Part shown: positions 1-13,155 of the stretch, one piece after another
Layout of the letters: each line of letters begins with the position of its first letter
Numbering within the stretch: position 1 is the stretch's first letter
From: Malacoraja senta
Lineage: Eukaryota
Assembly: GCA_038087875.1 (NCBI GenBank)
Contig: CM075990.1
Coordinates: forward strand, 13,394,001 to 13,458,000
Direction: 5' to 3'
Length of the DNA: 64,000 nt
Notes under the pieces: generated by a model
The model's input: only the letters and a program-made list of their open reading frames with translations
Database searches by the model: none
Told to the model about the DNA's origin: nothing
Translations under genes and position numbers: made by a program

Positions 1-100
1 CTGAGTTGGATGATCAGCCATGATCATATTGAATGACGGTGCAGGCTCGAAGGGCCAAATGGCCTACTCCTGCACCTAATTTCTATGTTTCTATGTTTCT
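1..100 (+). mobile_element. CR1 LINE 3' end (3'UTR and CTATGTTT tail)
   Basis: Matches the 3' terminus of the other CR1 copies (gttggatgatcagccatgatcatattgaat...cctactcctgcacct) and ends in ttctatgtttctatgtttcta. Confidence 0.85.
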
Positions 101-529
101 AATTCAATTATTCAAGTTAGCAGTTTATACATTATATTTGATACAAATTAGACTTGTACTATAATATAACTAAATCAAAGTATCTTAAACAAAGTGTAAA
201 TCTGAAATTGTTATTGAATTGTTATATTGCTTTAAAAAGGACAGTTAACTTTTGTACATAATCAATTTAGTAGTTATTTCCATGCAATTAATGCATTAAT
301 TACAGGACAGCGGGAAGTAAACGAAAATCCAAGCCAAGAGTTACAATCACGTTAAACTTTGCAGGAAGGCAAGGTTCATAATTTCTTTATTGAGACGGTA
401 AAATAAAGTGCTACAAAAATAAGTATTGATGAAACGTGGCTCGGTTCCATTTGGATGAGAATTCATCAATTCTCAACATCTCAAATTTAATGCCGGGAGA
501 CAGAAAAATGGGAAGAACTTTGTTGGTTC

Positions 530-1540
530 TGCAGATGTGGAAATCGGCCGGGCTGGACTTGAGTTCCAAATAGACTGCGCAGAGAACGTGCAGTTTTTTG
601 CATCGCTCGGGGTAGAAGGCGTGAACGGCACTTATGGGGGGAGAGAAAGACTTGCCACGTATTCTCCCTCCTCCTTCCACCACCACCCACCCACCCAACC
701 CCCCAACATGATCCGTGCTAACTAGCAGCAAATACATAACGGGGAGGGGAGGGGGGGAGCGCAGTGGGGGTCGACGTTACAGAAACTACCAGTGTTGGTG
801 GTTATACCTTGAAAAAGTTAAAATTAGTTGGGTTTACATTAATACTACAACTGCCTTCAATAAAACATCTCGTGGAGTCGGACGCCTTTTCTCTGTCGTA
901 AACAAGACGGTACTAAAGTTTGCAAACTCTTTTCATTACATCAAGAAAAATAGTTCCCTGGAAGCACGGATAAAGGCAAATCGCCTAACTCCGATCGCCC
1001 TTTTTTTCTTAATGAAGCGCGTTATTTTAGCACGTTATTGGACATTTAGCACGATCGTGATAGAACACGCGGTGTTACAGACAGTGATTTGGCGTACAGC
1101 GCCAGAACTCATCGCCAAAAGTTAAATGCTTTATAAAAAAAACACACTGACGCCGCTCCCAGGCCAGTCAAAGCACCGCGAGGAAACCACGGACACTTGG
1201 ATAGCGGTCTAAATGGGAATCAATTCGAGAGAGGGGGGACGGTGATGGAAAGAGAGGGGTTGGGGGCAGGGAGAGGAAGGGGTGGTGGAAAATGTTTCCC
1301 GAGATTTACCTGCTGAGCGACAGAGATGTGGCGCTGCGGAGAGGGTGCCGAGGGAATGAGAGGCGAGCAGGGATGGAGCACTCACTCACAGCTCACACTG
1401 AGCCTCTGCATGAGTCTGGAGGAGGGAGTTACTCTCAGTCCAGCAATTAACCCTTTCACGTGCATCACAGTATCCTCGCTGTGGGCGGGAGAAAAAAAAG
1501 TGTCCTGTAAATTTCTGGATATGCAAACACGTAAATGATG
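530..1540 (-). promoter_or_regulatory. CpG-rich promoter and probable non-coding first exon (about 1310-1440) of a minus-strand gene leaving the window; P4HA1 by synteny
   Basis: Local CpG enrichment, a minus-strand donor CAG|GTAAAT at 1310/1309, and CACGTG at 1457-1462. In human, P4HA1 lies head-to-head upstream of NUDT13. The identity is inferred; no coding sequence is visible. Confidence 0.45.
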
Positions 1541-1949
1541 TGTCCTTCACAGAATCTCATCTACCTCTTCTGAAATTTGAACCGTTCTCCACACTTCAGA
1601 AACAAGATACATGGCTGTGCTTCAATGGGTGTCAGGGTGGTTAGAACAACCCGAGCTCGTCTGACGAGCCTGGTATATTTAACTTCTGTATGATTACATG
1701 TTTCAATGCTGGATAATTTTAAAAGGAAGCTGAAAATAGACTGCTATTCTTAATCCACCTTGAACAATTTGCTAGATCAGATGGGCAATTAAGAGTCAAC
1801 CATACTATGGGCCTGGAGTTACATAAATAGGTAAAGGGAGCAACACTCGTTTACACCAAGCTGACAATTTCACAGCTATCATTACCACTTCTGCGCTTTA
1901 TGCCATATTCAATAATAATCTACATTTTCCACCTACAGCAGTGGGATTT

Positions 1950-4900
1950 AGAAACATAGAAATTAGGTGCAGGAGTAGGCCATTCGGCCCTTCGAGCCTG
2001 CACCGCCATTCAATATGATCATGGCTGATCATCCAACTCAGTATCCCGTACCTGCCTTCTCTCCATACCCTCTGATCCCTTTAGCCACAAGGGCCACATC
2101 TAACTCCCTCTTAAATATAGCCAATGAACTGGCCTCGACTGCCCTCTGTGGCAGAGAGTTCCAGAGATTCACCACTCTCTGTGTGAAAAAAGTTCTTCTC
2201 ATCTCGGTTTTAAAGGATTTCCCCCTTATCCTTAAGCTGTGACCCCTTGTCCTGGACTTCCCCAACATCGGGAGCAATCTTCCTGCATCTAGCCTGTCCA
2301 ACCCCTTAAGAATTTTGTAAGTTTCTATAAGATCCCCTCTCAATCTCCTAAATTCTAGAGAGTATAAACCAAGTCTATCCAGTCTTTCTTCATAAGACAG
2401 TCCTGACATCCCAGGAATCAGTCTGGTGAACCTTCTCTGCACTCCCTCTATGGCAATAATATCCTTCCTCAGATTTGGAGACTAAAACTGTACGCAATAC
2501 TCCAGGTGTGGTCTCACCAAGACCCTGTACAACTGCAGTAGAACCTCCCTGCTCCTATACTCAAATCCTTTTGCTATGAAAGCTAACATACCATTCGCTT
2601 TCTTCACTGCCTGCTGCACCTGCATGCCTACTTTCAATGATTGGTGTACCATGACACCCAGGTCTCGCTGCATCTCCCCTTTTCCTAGTCGGCCACCATT
2701 TAGATAATAGTCTGCTTTCCTGTTTTTGCCACCAAAATGGATAATCTCACATTTATCCACATTATACTGCATCTGCCAAACATTTGCCCACTCACCCAGC
2801 CTATCCAAGTCACCTTGCAGTCTCCTAGCATCCTCCTCACAGCTAACACTGCCCCCCAGCTTAGTGTCATCCGCAAACTTGGAGATATTGCCTTCAATTC
2901 CCTCATCCAGATCGTTAATATATATTGTAAATAGCTGGGGTCCCAGCACTGAGCCTTGCGGTACCCCACTAGTCACTGCCTGCCATTGTGAAAAGGACCC
3001 GTTTACTCCTACTCTTTGCTTCCTGTTTGCCAGCCAGTTCCCTATCCACATCAATACTGAACCCCCAATGCCATGTGCTTTAAGTTTGTATACTAATCTC
3101 TTATGTGGGACCTTGTCGAAAGCCTTCTGGAAGTCCAGATACACCACATCCACTGGTTCTCCCCTATGCACGCTACTAGTTACATCCTCGAAAAATTCTA
3201 TAAGATTCGTCAGACATGATTTACCTTTCGTAAATCCATGCTGACTTTGTCCAATGATTTCACCACTTTCCAAATGTGCTGCTATCCCATCTTTAATAAC
3301 TGACTCTAGCAGTTTCCCCACTACCGATGTTAGACTAACTGGTCTGTAATTCCCCGTTTTCTCTCTCCCTCCCTTCTTAAAAAGTGGGGTTACGTTTGCT
3401 ACCCGCCAATCCTCAGGAACTACTCCAGAATCTAAAGAGTTTTGAAAGATTATTACTAATGCATCCACTATTTCAGGAGCTACTTCCTTAAGTACTCTGG
3501 GATGCAGCCTATCTGGCCCTGGGGATTTATCGGCCTTTAATCCATTCAATTTACCCAACACCACTTCCCGACTAACCTGGATTTCACTCAATTCCTCCCT
3601 TTGACCCGCGGTCCCCTGCTATTTCCGGCAGATTATTTGTCTTCCTTAGTGAAGACGGAACCAAAGTAGTTATTCAATTGGTCCGCCATATCCTTGTTCC
3701 CCATGATCAACTCACCTGTTTCTGATTGCAAGGGACCTACATTTGTTTTAACTAATCTCTTTCTTTTCACATATCTATAAAAACTTTTGCAGTCAGTTTT
3801 TATGTTCCCTGCCAGTTTTCTTTCATAATCTATTTTTCCTTTCCTAATTAAGCCCTTTGTCCTCCTCTGCTTGTCTCTGAATTTCTCCCAGTCCTCCGGT
3901 ATGCTGCTTTTTCTGGCTAATTTGTACGCATCATCCTTCGCTTTGTTACCATCCCTGATTTCCCTTGTTATCCACGGATGCACTACCTTCCCTGATTTAT
4001 TCTTTTGTCAAACTGGGATGAACAATTTTTGTAGTTCATCCATGCAGTCTTTAAATGTCTTCCATTGCATATCCACCGTCAACCCTTTTAGAATTAATTG
4101 CCAGTCAATCTTGGCCAATTCACGTCTCATACCCTCAAAGTTACCTTTCTTTAAGTTCAGAACCATTGTTTCTGAATTAACAATGTCACTCTCCATCCTA
4201 ATGAAGAACTCAACCATATTATGGTCACTCTTGCCCAAGGGGGCACGTACAACAAGACTGCTAACTAACCCTTCCTCATTACTCAATACCCAGTCTAAAA
4301 TAGCCTGCTCTCTCGTTGGTTCCTCTACATGTTGATTTAGATAACTATCCCGCATACATTCCAAGAAATCCTCTTCCTCAGCACCCCTGCCAATTTGATT
4401 CACCCAATCTATATGTAGATGGAAGTCACCCATTATAACTGTTTTGCCTTTGTCGCACGCATTTCTAATTTCCTGTTTGATACCATCTCCAACTTGACTA
4501 CTACTGGTAGGTGGCCTGTACATAACACCCACCAGCGTTTTCTGCCCCTTAGTGTTTCGCAGCTCTACCCATACCGATTCCACATCCTCGAAACTAATGT
4601 CCTTCCTTTCCATTGCGTTAATCTCCTCTCTAATCAGCAACGCTACCCCACCTCCTTTTCCTTTCTCTCTATCCCTCCTGAATATTGAATATCCCTGGAT
4701 GTTCAGCTCCCAGCCTTGGTCACCCTGGAGCCATGTCTCCGTGATCCCAACTATATCATAGTCATTAATAGCTATCTGCACATTCAACTCATCCACCTTA
4801 TTACGAATGCTCCTTGCATTGAGACACAAAGCCTTCATGCTTGTTTTTACAACACTCTTACCCCTTATACAATTATGTTGAAAAGTGTCCCTTTTTGATT

Positions 4901-5050
4901 TTTGCCCTGGTTTTGTCTGCCTGCCACTTTTACTTTTCACCTTGCTACCTATTGCTTCTACCCTCATTTCACACCCCTCTGTCTCTACGCTCACACATTT
5001 AAGAAACCCTTTCCCTTTAACTCCATCCTCCACTATCCCATTCGACACCC
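1950..5050 (-). mobile_element. CR1 LINE, 5'-truncated, ORF2 (APE endonuclease + reverse transcriptase) broken by stops and frameshifts
   Basis: ORF 4008-5132 has endonuclease motifs (LNARS, GITETWL, MGDFH, SDHN). ORF 2482-3591 has RT motifs ([30 protein letters not shown]). ORF 2038-2442 is the CR1 C-terminus. The tail (GAAACATA) is at about 1950-1960. Confidence 0.95.
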
Positions 5051-5447
5051 CATTTGAAAATATCTCTACATTAAGTAAAAGTTTATTATTGTTACATGTA
5101 TATGAAAAGCTTTTTGTTTGGGTGCTATCCAATCATATCAGATAATACTATACATGAATCCAATCAACACAAACTCAAATGCAAATGTTGAGTAATCGGA
5201 GTGCAAAATATAGTTCTCAGCATTGTACTGCAACAATTCCAGAGAAAAAGTTCAATTGTACAATGAGGAAGGTTGGAAAATTGGGACTGTACCCTAGCTT
5301 ATGGAAGGAACCAATTAGACCTGAGTTATGGAATTAGACCAATTTTGGAAGGACCAATTAGACCCGAGTTCTTTAAAACTAATCCATCAATTTAGCCACT
5401 ATACTACCATAGTCCAACAGCTCTGACCCAAATTAGAAGATTTAATG

Positions 5448-5578
5448 TGGAGGAAGGAACTGCAGATGCTGGGTAACACTGAAGATAGACTCAAAATGCT
5501 GGAGTAACTCAGCGGGACAGGCAGCATCTCTGGAGAGAAGGAATGGGTGATGTTTCGGGTCAAGACCTACTTGTCAGA
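5448..5578 (-). mobile_element. Penelope-derived short repeat with degenerate hammerhead core
   Basis: gaaggaactgcagatgctgg...gagtaactcagcgggacaggcagcatctctggagagaaggaatgggtgatgtttcgggtcaagacc, the same family as the 48052-48176 copy. Confidence 0.75.
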
Positions 5579-6578
5579 ATGGGAGCCAATGGTGAGCAAG
5601 CCAATGTAAAACTAACCAAGTTGGTGGTCATCCTTTCAGATGTGACTGTTAAAATAGTTCTGGCTGTTTGGATAATCCTCATCATTAGAGTTATTCCCCT
5701 CTCAACTCTGGCCATTAAATCTCATTGCTGTTTGCAGCATCAATGGCACAGACCTGCACAAGTCTTTAAATGAGGGTCAGTAGGGGAGTCTTTATAATCA
5801 ACTGTTATCTTACAATCAAGTGTTTGGGGAGACAAGACAAAAAGTAAAATGGATGTGAGATTGTGATTGAAGAGATCTCCAAAGTCAAGGCTTTTGAGTG
5901 TGGTGGCATTTGGTGAAATTCAGGAAGGCAACAAAAGCATGGAAGTCAGCTCCACAATTGCAGCAGCCATATAATCTAGTGGGTGGTGATTATGCAAAAG
6001 TATTTGAGCCCCGTCTCAAGTGTTGTCAGGAAGGGCAATGATCAAAAATTACTTTGTCAGTATACAACATTTTGTCACCATCACACTGAAACAATCGATG
6101 TCAAGGAGCATTTAAATGTGGCATTTGCATGACTGAATGATTTACCCGAGGACTGGCGTGTTTGCAACATCACCTGACTCATTCTGAACTTTCAGCTGAA
6201 AAAAGCAAATCTTAATAAATAGAACTTTTATATATCAGCCCAGGTGCATCATCTTGGCGTGTGTATAAACAATCTAGCCTCCAGGCAAGTGCAGGCAAGC
6301 CCTGTCAAATTGGGCCATGTAGAATTCTGCACATGACCATTTGCACTTTCAAATATTAATTATTTTAATTCCGAAACATGCACATTCCTGATGCATATTA
6401 ACAGAGTAAAAGCTGACGGCTACAACTCAATGTCAAATTAGAATGAACAGGTAAGCAGAATGCAATTTAGACAAGTATAGGACTTGAAGGCAATTATTAT
6501 CAGTGCTGAGATTTGAAATATCCTGCAGGTAGGGTGGGTAAACACTGATAGGTAGAGTTTAATAAGAACAAATAAATA

Positions 6579-8016
6579 CAGTGCCCTCCATAATGTTTGG
6601 GACAAAGACCCATCATTTAATTATTTGCCTCTCCACAATTTGAGATTTCTAATAGAAAAAATCACATGTGGTTAAAGTGCACGTTGTCAGATTTTATTAA
6701 AGGATATTTTTATATAATTTTGTTTCACCCTGTAGAAATTACAGCTGTGTTTATTCCCCCCCCCCCCCCCCCCCCATTTCAGGGCACCATAATGTTTGGG
6801 ACACATGGCTTCACAGGTGTTTGTAATTGCTCAGGTGTGTTTAAATGCCTCCTTAATTCAGGTATAAGAGAGCTCTCAGCAACTAGTCTTTCCATCACCT
6901 TTGGAAACTTTTATTGCTGTTTATCAACATGAGGACCAAAGTTGTGCCAATGAAAGTCAAAGAAGCCATTTTGAGACTGAGAAACAAGAATAAAACTGTT
7001 AGAGACATCAGCCAAACCTTAGGCTTACCAAAATCACCTATTTGGAACATCATTAAGAAGAAAGAGAGCACTGGTGAGCTTACTAATCATAAATGGACTG
7101 GCAGGCCAAGTAAGACCCCCACAGCGGATGACAGAATAATTCTATCTATAATAAAGAAAAATCCCCAAACACCTGTCCGACAGATCAGAAACACTCTTCA
7201 GGAGTCGGGTGTGAATTTGTCAATGACCGCTGTCCGCAGAAGACTTCATGAACAGAAATACAGAGGCTACACTAGAAGATGCAAACCACTGGTTAGCCGC
7301 AAAAATAGGATGGCCAGGTTATAGATTGCCAAGAAGTACTTAAAAGAGCAACCACAGTTCTGGAAAAAGGTCTTGTGGATAGATGAGATGGAATGATGGC
7401 AAGAGCAAAGTATGGAGGAGAGAAAGAACTGCCCAAGATCCAAAGTATACCACCTCATCTGTGAAACACGGTGGAGGGGGTGTTATGGCCTGAGCATGTG
7501 TGGCTGCTGAAGGTACTGGCTCACTTATCTTCATTGATGATACAACTGCTGATGGTAGTAGCATAAATGAATTCTGAAGTGTATAGACACATCCTATCTG
7601 CTCGTTCAAACAAATGCCTCAAAACTCATTGGCCGGCGGTTCATTTTACAGGAAGACAATGATCCCAAACATATCCCCAAAATAAGTTTTTCAAAGTTAA
7701 AAAATGGTAAATTCTTGAGTGGCCAAGTCAATCACCCGATCTGAGCATGCCTTTTATATGCTGAAGAGAAAAGAAGGGGACTAGCCCCCAAAACAAGCAT
7801 AAGCTAAAGATGGCTGCAATGCAGGCCTGGCAGAGCATCACCATAGACGGCACCCAGCAACTGGTGATGTCCATGAATCGCAGACTTCAAGCAGTCATTG
7901 CTTGCAAAGGATATGCAACAAAATACTAAACATGACTACTTTCATTTACATGACTTTGCTATGTCCCAAACATTATGGTGCTCTGAAATGGGAGGACGAT
8001 GTATAAACACTGCTGT
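6579..8016 (+). mobile_element. Tc1/mariner (IR/DR-type) DNA transposon; near full-length transposase pseudogene 6929-7929; right end truncated
   Basis: TA|CAGTGCCCTCCATAATGTTTGGGACA left end, with an inner direct repeat at about 6783-6805. HTH region MRTKVVP...VRRRLHE, WIDE and QEDNDPKH catalytic motifs, and a KGYATKY* end. Premature stop at 7322-7324 plus indels. Confidence 0.92.
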
Positions 8017-9120
8017 ATAAACATTACTTAAAGCAATTCGCCAAATGTTTTGCAATGCTCTTCTTGATAAACAAATTTTAAGATAGAAGATCTTTAAAGC
8101 CATAAAGGATGTGAAAATAAATATTCTCCTGTTTGCAATTTCTGAGCTAGTGAAAATGTCTAAAATTAACATGCATAAGTTCCAGTGATATTAGGTCAAG
8201 AATATGGACCACACACTAAAATATCTTTTTAGAAACAGATACATTTATGGATAGTGCCAGAACAGATGGCAGTTTCCAGAATCCTTCAGGAGATTACAGC
8301 AAGAACTGATGAGGTATGCTTATGAAGAATTCATAAGTATTTTGAGGAGTTCACCAAAAGCTTAATGTACAGTATACATAATATACACAAATGAAGCTCC
8401 AACCATACTTCAGGATCAGTTATGCCAATATCAGTAACAGGAAAATGCTCAGAATCCTCACAATGTAGGTATTAAAAGCCAAATAAATCAAGATAAACAT
8501 GTTACTCATCACAACATTGTTAAATATTTCCAAAGAATTGTTGATTGTTTGCTATTCAATCCTTTGGATACATACACATTTTTGGAAAAAAGTTCAGTAT
8601 CATCCTTAATCAAATTACAAAGGCTGTGTAGAATCAGTAACAAACTGGCTAATTCAACTTACATTTTATAAGAACCACCCCAACTAAGAACAATTGCAAT
8701 TTCATGGTTCTGGGCATGATGCTATTTTAATCTTAACTAGCAAATATATTAAAAATGGTACATTGTGACATTCCAAATGTCATTATAATAAATGCAAAAC
8801 ACCAATGATTGATAAATGATTCTTATCTGCAATGTGAAATTGAAAACCTCTGCTGCCAACTATAAATTAAGCAAATGACATTTAAACAGAGTTACCCAAG
8901 CCGGTCTTTACTGAACAACAATTAAATAAGGTTAGTGTATCATGTGACTTATTAAAAGCAGCATTTGGAGGTATTCTGGTAGTATATAAATGTTGGGAGA
9001 AGTGCTGTCGGAGTAAGTTTCCCCTACCTAGCTATGTTTTCACAACAGGCCAGAAAGTAAATTACTGCCTGGCTTGACTAGGGGATCTTTTGTATGGCAA
9101 AGTGATTAGTGTCAGTGTAA

Positions 9121-9419
9121 AGGGTCTGTCCCACTGTACGAGGTAATTCAAGAGCTCTCCCGAGTTTAAACAAAAAATCAAACTCGTGGTAAGCACGTAG
9201 AATGTACGTAGCGGGTACGTCGGAGCTCGGGACGTCTCTTATCGGCTCGTAACGCTAACGGTAGGTACTCGGGAAACGCGGTAAGCTCGTGAAGACTTGT
9301 GAAGATTGTCCACGAGAGTCCCGAGTACCTACGAGCGGCTATTACCGTAATTCTCCGAGTTCGAATCAGGGGAAACTCGGGAGAACTCTTGAATTAGCTC
9401 GTACAGTGGGACAGGCCCT
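9121..9419. mobile_element. PIF/Harbinger-type MITE (299 bp)
   Basis: About 47-bp imperfect TIRs (AGGGTCTGTCCCACTGTACGAG... / ...CTCGTACAGTGGGACAGGCCCT) flanked by a TAA duplication at 9118-9120 and 9420-9422. Confidence 0.85.
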
Positions 9420-9441
9420 TAACATGTTTAAATGTATCACG

Positions 9442-11206
9442 TGTTACTATAGTCAGAAAGGTTCGAGGACACGTGTTGCCAGGGAAAAGGAATGGCAGAC
9501 AAATAAACCAATGTGTTTATGTTCCGTGTCCTTGAAGCGTGTTTATTGCATTCGTATCAAGGCAAGGATCTGACATTGGCGACGAGGATGGGATCTCGTG
9601 TAACTTTGTGGTGGTACACACCTGTGTTCTTCATGTAGTGCCAACAAAGCTGAGGTCAAGGATGATTGAGTTGGCTCACGAAGGACATTTAGGAGTTGTT
9701 GGAACTAAACAAAATCTTCTTACGATAGTATGGTGGCCAGGGATGGAAAAAGATGTAGAACGACATGCGAGGTCATGCCATGGATGTCAGATGGTAAGCA
9801 GACCCAATCCACCCGAGCCAATAGGAAGCACATTGTTACCGACAGGTCCATGGGAAGATGCTGCTGTCGATTTTCTTGGTCCATTTCAATCAGGAGAATC
9901 AATATGAGTTGTGATTGATTACTACAGCAGATATTATGTGTATGCAATAATGAAGTCTACAACATCGGAAAAGACTGTAGCAGCTTTGATGGAAATCTTT
10001 GCAAGACACGGTCTACCAGTGACATTATATTCAGACAATGGGCCTCAGTTCATTTCTCAGAAGTTTGCCGGCTACACAGGTGTGTACCATCACAAAGTTA
10101 CACCAAAGTGGCCGCAAGTTAATGGACAAGTGGAACGTCAGAACCATTCTCCAGAGAAGAGGTTGAGAATTGCCCAAGCAGAAAGCAAAGATTGCAAGGA
10201 GATGCTCTTACCATATGTGGCAGCATATAGAGTTTGCACCACACAGCACAACGGGGAAGATTCTGGCACAATTGTTGTTTGGAAGGAAAATCCAGACTAA
10301 GATACCATGGGTTAGTTGAAATGGTAAATGATCAAGAAGTGAGAGATGATGCAGAAAAGAAAAGGGCATCAAAGCTCTATACATTCAGGTGACGATGTGC
10401 TAGACCGTCAGATGTGAGATGAGGTGCTAGTGGGGAGAGAAAGTTCAAGCAAAAAGGACACACACTTCTTTCCACAACCATACATAGTGGTGTCCAGACA
10501 AGGGAATATGGTTACGGTCCAGTCGCCAGAAGGAGTCAAATATGATAGAAAAACATCGCATGTGAAAAAGTATCACCGTTGTGATAGTCCAAGGACACTG
10601 CAAACTGAAGTTGAGACTGTGGGGGATCAGACTCAAGACTACCAAATTGAGGAGCCAAGAATGCACGAGTTTGAGGTCAGAGGACACATGGGAAAATGAA
10701 TGGTGGACCAATAAATCAAAGTGTTTATGTTCAGTGTCCTTGAAGCGTGTTTATTATATTCGGAGGTACACAAAAATGCTGGAGAAACTCAGCGGGTGCA
10801 GCAGCATCTATGGAGCGAAGGAAATATGCAACGTTTCGGGCCGAAACCCTTCTTCAGACTGATGTGAGAATTGTGAGAATTCAATGTTCATGCCACCAGG
10901 ATGCAGACTCCCCAAGCGGAATATGAGGTGCTGTTCCTCCAATTTCCGGTGGTGCTCACTCTGGCCATGGAGGAGGCCCAGGACAGAGAGGTCGGATACG
11001 GAATGGGAGGGGAAGTTGAAGTGCTGAGCCACCGGGAGGTCATGTTGGTTAATGCGGACCGAGAGGAGGTGTTCGGCGAAACGATCGCATAGATGCTGCT
11101 GCACCCGCTGAGTTTCTCCAGCATTTTTGTGTACCTGGGATTTTCCAGCATCTGCAGTTCCTTCTTAAATACATTAATATATTCGGATCCAGGCGAAGAT
11201 CTGACA
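9442..11206 (+). mobile_element. Internally deleted Ty3/Gypsy LTR retrotransposon (integrase only) with short LTRs and tRNA-Ser PBS
   Basis: 5' LTR about 9442-9575 ends in TGACA. PBS TGGCGACGAGGATGGGAT is at 9577-9594. Integrase motifs: HEGHLG..CHGC, VDFLGP, IDYYSRY, SDNGPQF, NGQVER. The 3' LTR (about 10670-10764 plus 11178-11206) is split by a Penelope insertion. Confidence 0.88.
10765..11177 (-). mobile_element. Penelope-like element fragment (GIY-YIG endonuclease C-terminal part, hammerhead core, inverted terminal segments) nested in the Gypsy 3' LTR
   Basis: ORF 10808-11104 reads DRFAEHL..PVAQHFN..HSVSDLSVLGL..RKLEEQHLIFRLGSLHPGGMN. CTGAAGA..GAAAC lies on - at about 10832-10858. Arms at about 10766-10810 and 11089-11135 are inverted. 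TSD TATATTCGGA at 10755-10764 and 11178-11187. Confidence 0.85.
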
Positions 11207-11574
11207 ATTAGGGCATCTTTTGTATGCAGTGAAATAACTTTATAGATACAATGAACTGCAGCCCTTTGTGCTTTTTTTTGATAAACCAGCATCTGCAGTT
11301 CCTTGTTTCTATAAAGTTATTTCACTGCAGAATAAAATTCCACCGGGTAAACGGTAGAAACGGCATCATCCTCTTTGATCTAACGCTACGTTTTGCATTC
11401 CTTTTCCCCTCTGGCCTGAGTAAACCTCACTTCATGTCTCATCCCTTTTCTGTCTCGTCACTGTATCAGTTAGCTTTTCGCCACAATTTTAATGTAACAT
11501 AAACATAATTTTGAATGACATTTTATATGATTAAACTTAAGTTTAGAATTTACAACAGGGTACACCAATTTTGG

Positions 11575-13155
11575 ATGTGAAGGAAATTCACTTTAAACTG
11601 GACGGCCTGAAAACTGATCCAGCGAAAATCAGTGCTATTAATGAACTTCCAGCACCCACGGATGTGCCCAGCTTGCAGGGGTTCCTTGGCATGGCGAACT
11701 ATTTGAGCAAATTCATTCCAGATTTCAGTTAAATATCAACCCCATTGCGCCATCTCACACACAAAGACTCTGCTTGGACCTGGCATTGACACTCTAAAAT
11801 GGCAGATGTCGGCCACCCCTACTCTAGCGGTACTTTGATCATAGACTGCCTATTACACTTACATGTGATGCCGCACAACATGGCCTGGGCGCTGCCTGCC
11901 TTCAAAATGATAGCCATGTCAATAAGCCTGTCGCCTATGCCTCGCGCACCATGTCTGACACAGAACAACGATACGCTCAAATCGAAAAGGAGTTGTTAGC
12001 GGTTGTTTTCACCTGCAAAAAGTTCAACGATTTCATCTTTAGTCGCACTATTACAATTGAAACCGACCACCAACCTCTGATCAGCATTTTCAGTAAACCT
12101 ATTCATAACTCTCCAGCGCACCTACAACGGATGTTACTACAACTACAAAAATATGACATCGTCCTGACCTACAAACGTGGAAAGGATATGCACCTGGCAG
12201 ACACTCTTTCACGTGCATCTCAGAAGACCTGCGAGGATCTACCCTCACAGGATGATGACTTTATCGTGATGTCCGTATCCTTCATCACTTCATCTTGGAT
12301 GGAGGATGTGGTTGCCCACACTGCCACCGACAAAACCCTATAGTCGCTAACTTCTGTCATTAAGCGCAGCTGGCCAGACAAACACCACAACCTTCCATTG
12401 CCAATACGACCTTTCTTCCCTGTTCGCGACGAATTAGTGCTACAAGACGGCATTGTTTTAAAAGGACACAAGGCCGTGGTTCCTGTTTCGCTGCATCGCC
12501 GGTATTTCGACACTGTCCATGCAGGACACCCAGGTGCTGAAGCCACTGTTTCACGGGCGAAAAGCATGTTTTACTGGCCTGGCATGGCCGAATACATCGA
12601 CGAAAATGTGGCAGCATGTGCTGTGTGCAATAGCCTGGCACCTCATCAACAAAAGCAACCACCTGCCACATCCTGTACCTGCGCTCCCATGGTCTACAGT
12701 GGCAGCTGATTTATTTGAATGGCACGGCAAGCAGTACCTGATGCTCGTGGATTCGTATTCAGGATGGTTCGACATTAATTTTCTCAGCAGCCCCACTTCC
12801 AGCGGTGTGATTTCGAAATTATCTCATCATTTTTCCATCCATGGATCTCCAGGCAAGCTGTTGACTGACAATGGCAGCCAGTTCACCAGCCAACAATTCA
12901 GACAGTTTGCCTGACGCTGGAATTTTCACCACATCACCAGCAGCCCTGAGTATCCACAGTCTAACGGGCTGGCTGAACGGGCTGTCAGAAGTGCAAAACA
13001 ACTCATGGGGAGCGCACTCACAGGGCTAAATCTGCCTTATTCCTGGATTTGCTCAACTTTCGCAACATTTCCCGTGACCCTGCCTTGGGTTCACCTGCTG
13101 AACGATTAATGTCAAGGCAGACCCGTACCCCGTTGCCCGTATATGAGCAAACGTT
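11575..13155 (+). mobile_element. Degenerate Ty3/Gypsy pol fragment (end of RT, RNase H, integrase)
   Basis: EQRYAQIEKELLAVVF, ETDHQPL, ADTLSR (RNase H); HAGHPG..CAVC; ADLFEW..VDSYSGW, TDNGSQF (integrase). Several frameshifts. Confidence 0.9.

Noticed and set aside
715..1125. 136-aa ORF in the CpG-rich region
   Set aside because: No recognisable homology, non-ATG start and no supporting splice structure.
2015..4898. Plus-strand ORFs such as MIMADHPTQYP, MPPKWI and MDNLTF, repeated at 16.4-17.4 kb and 36.6-38.3 kb
   Set aside because: They are antisense or alternative-frame shadows of CR1 ORF2 and recur only because the LINE recurs.
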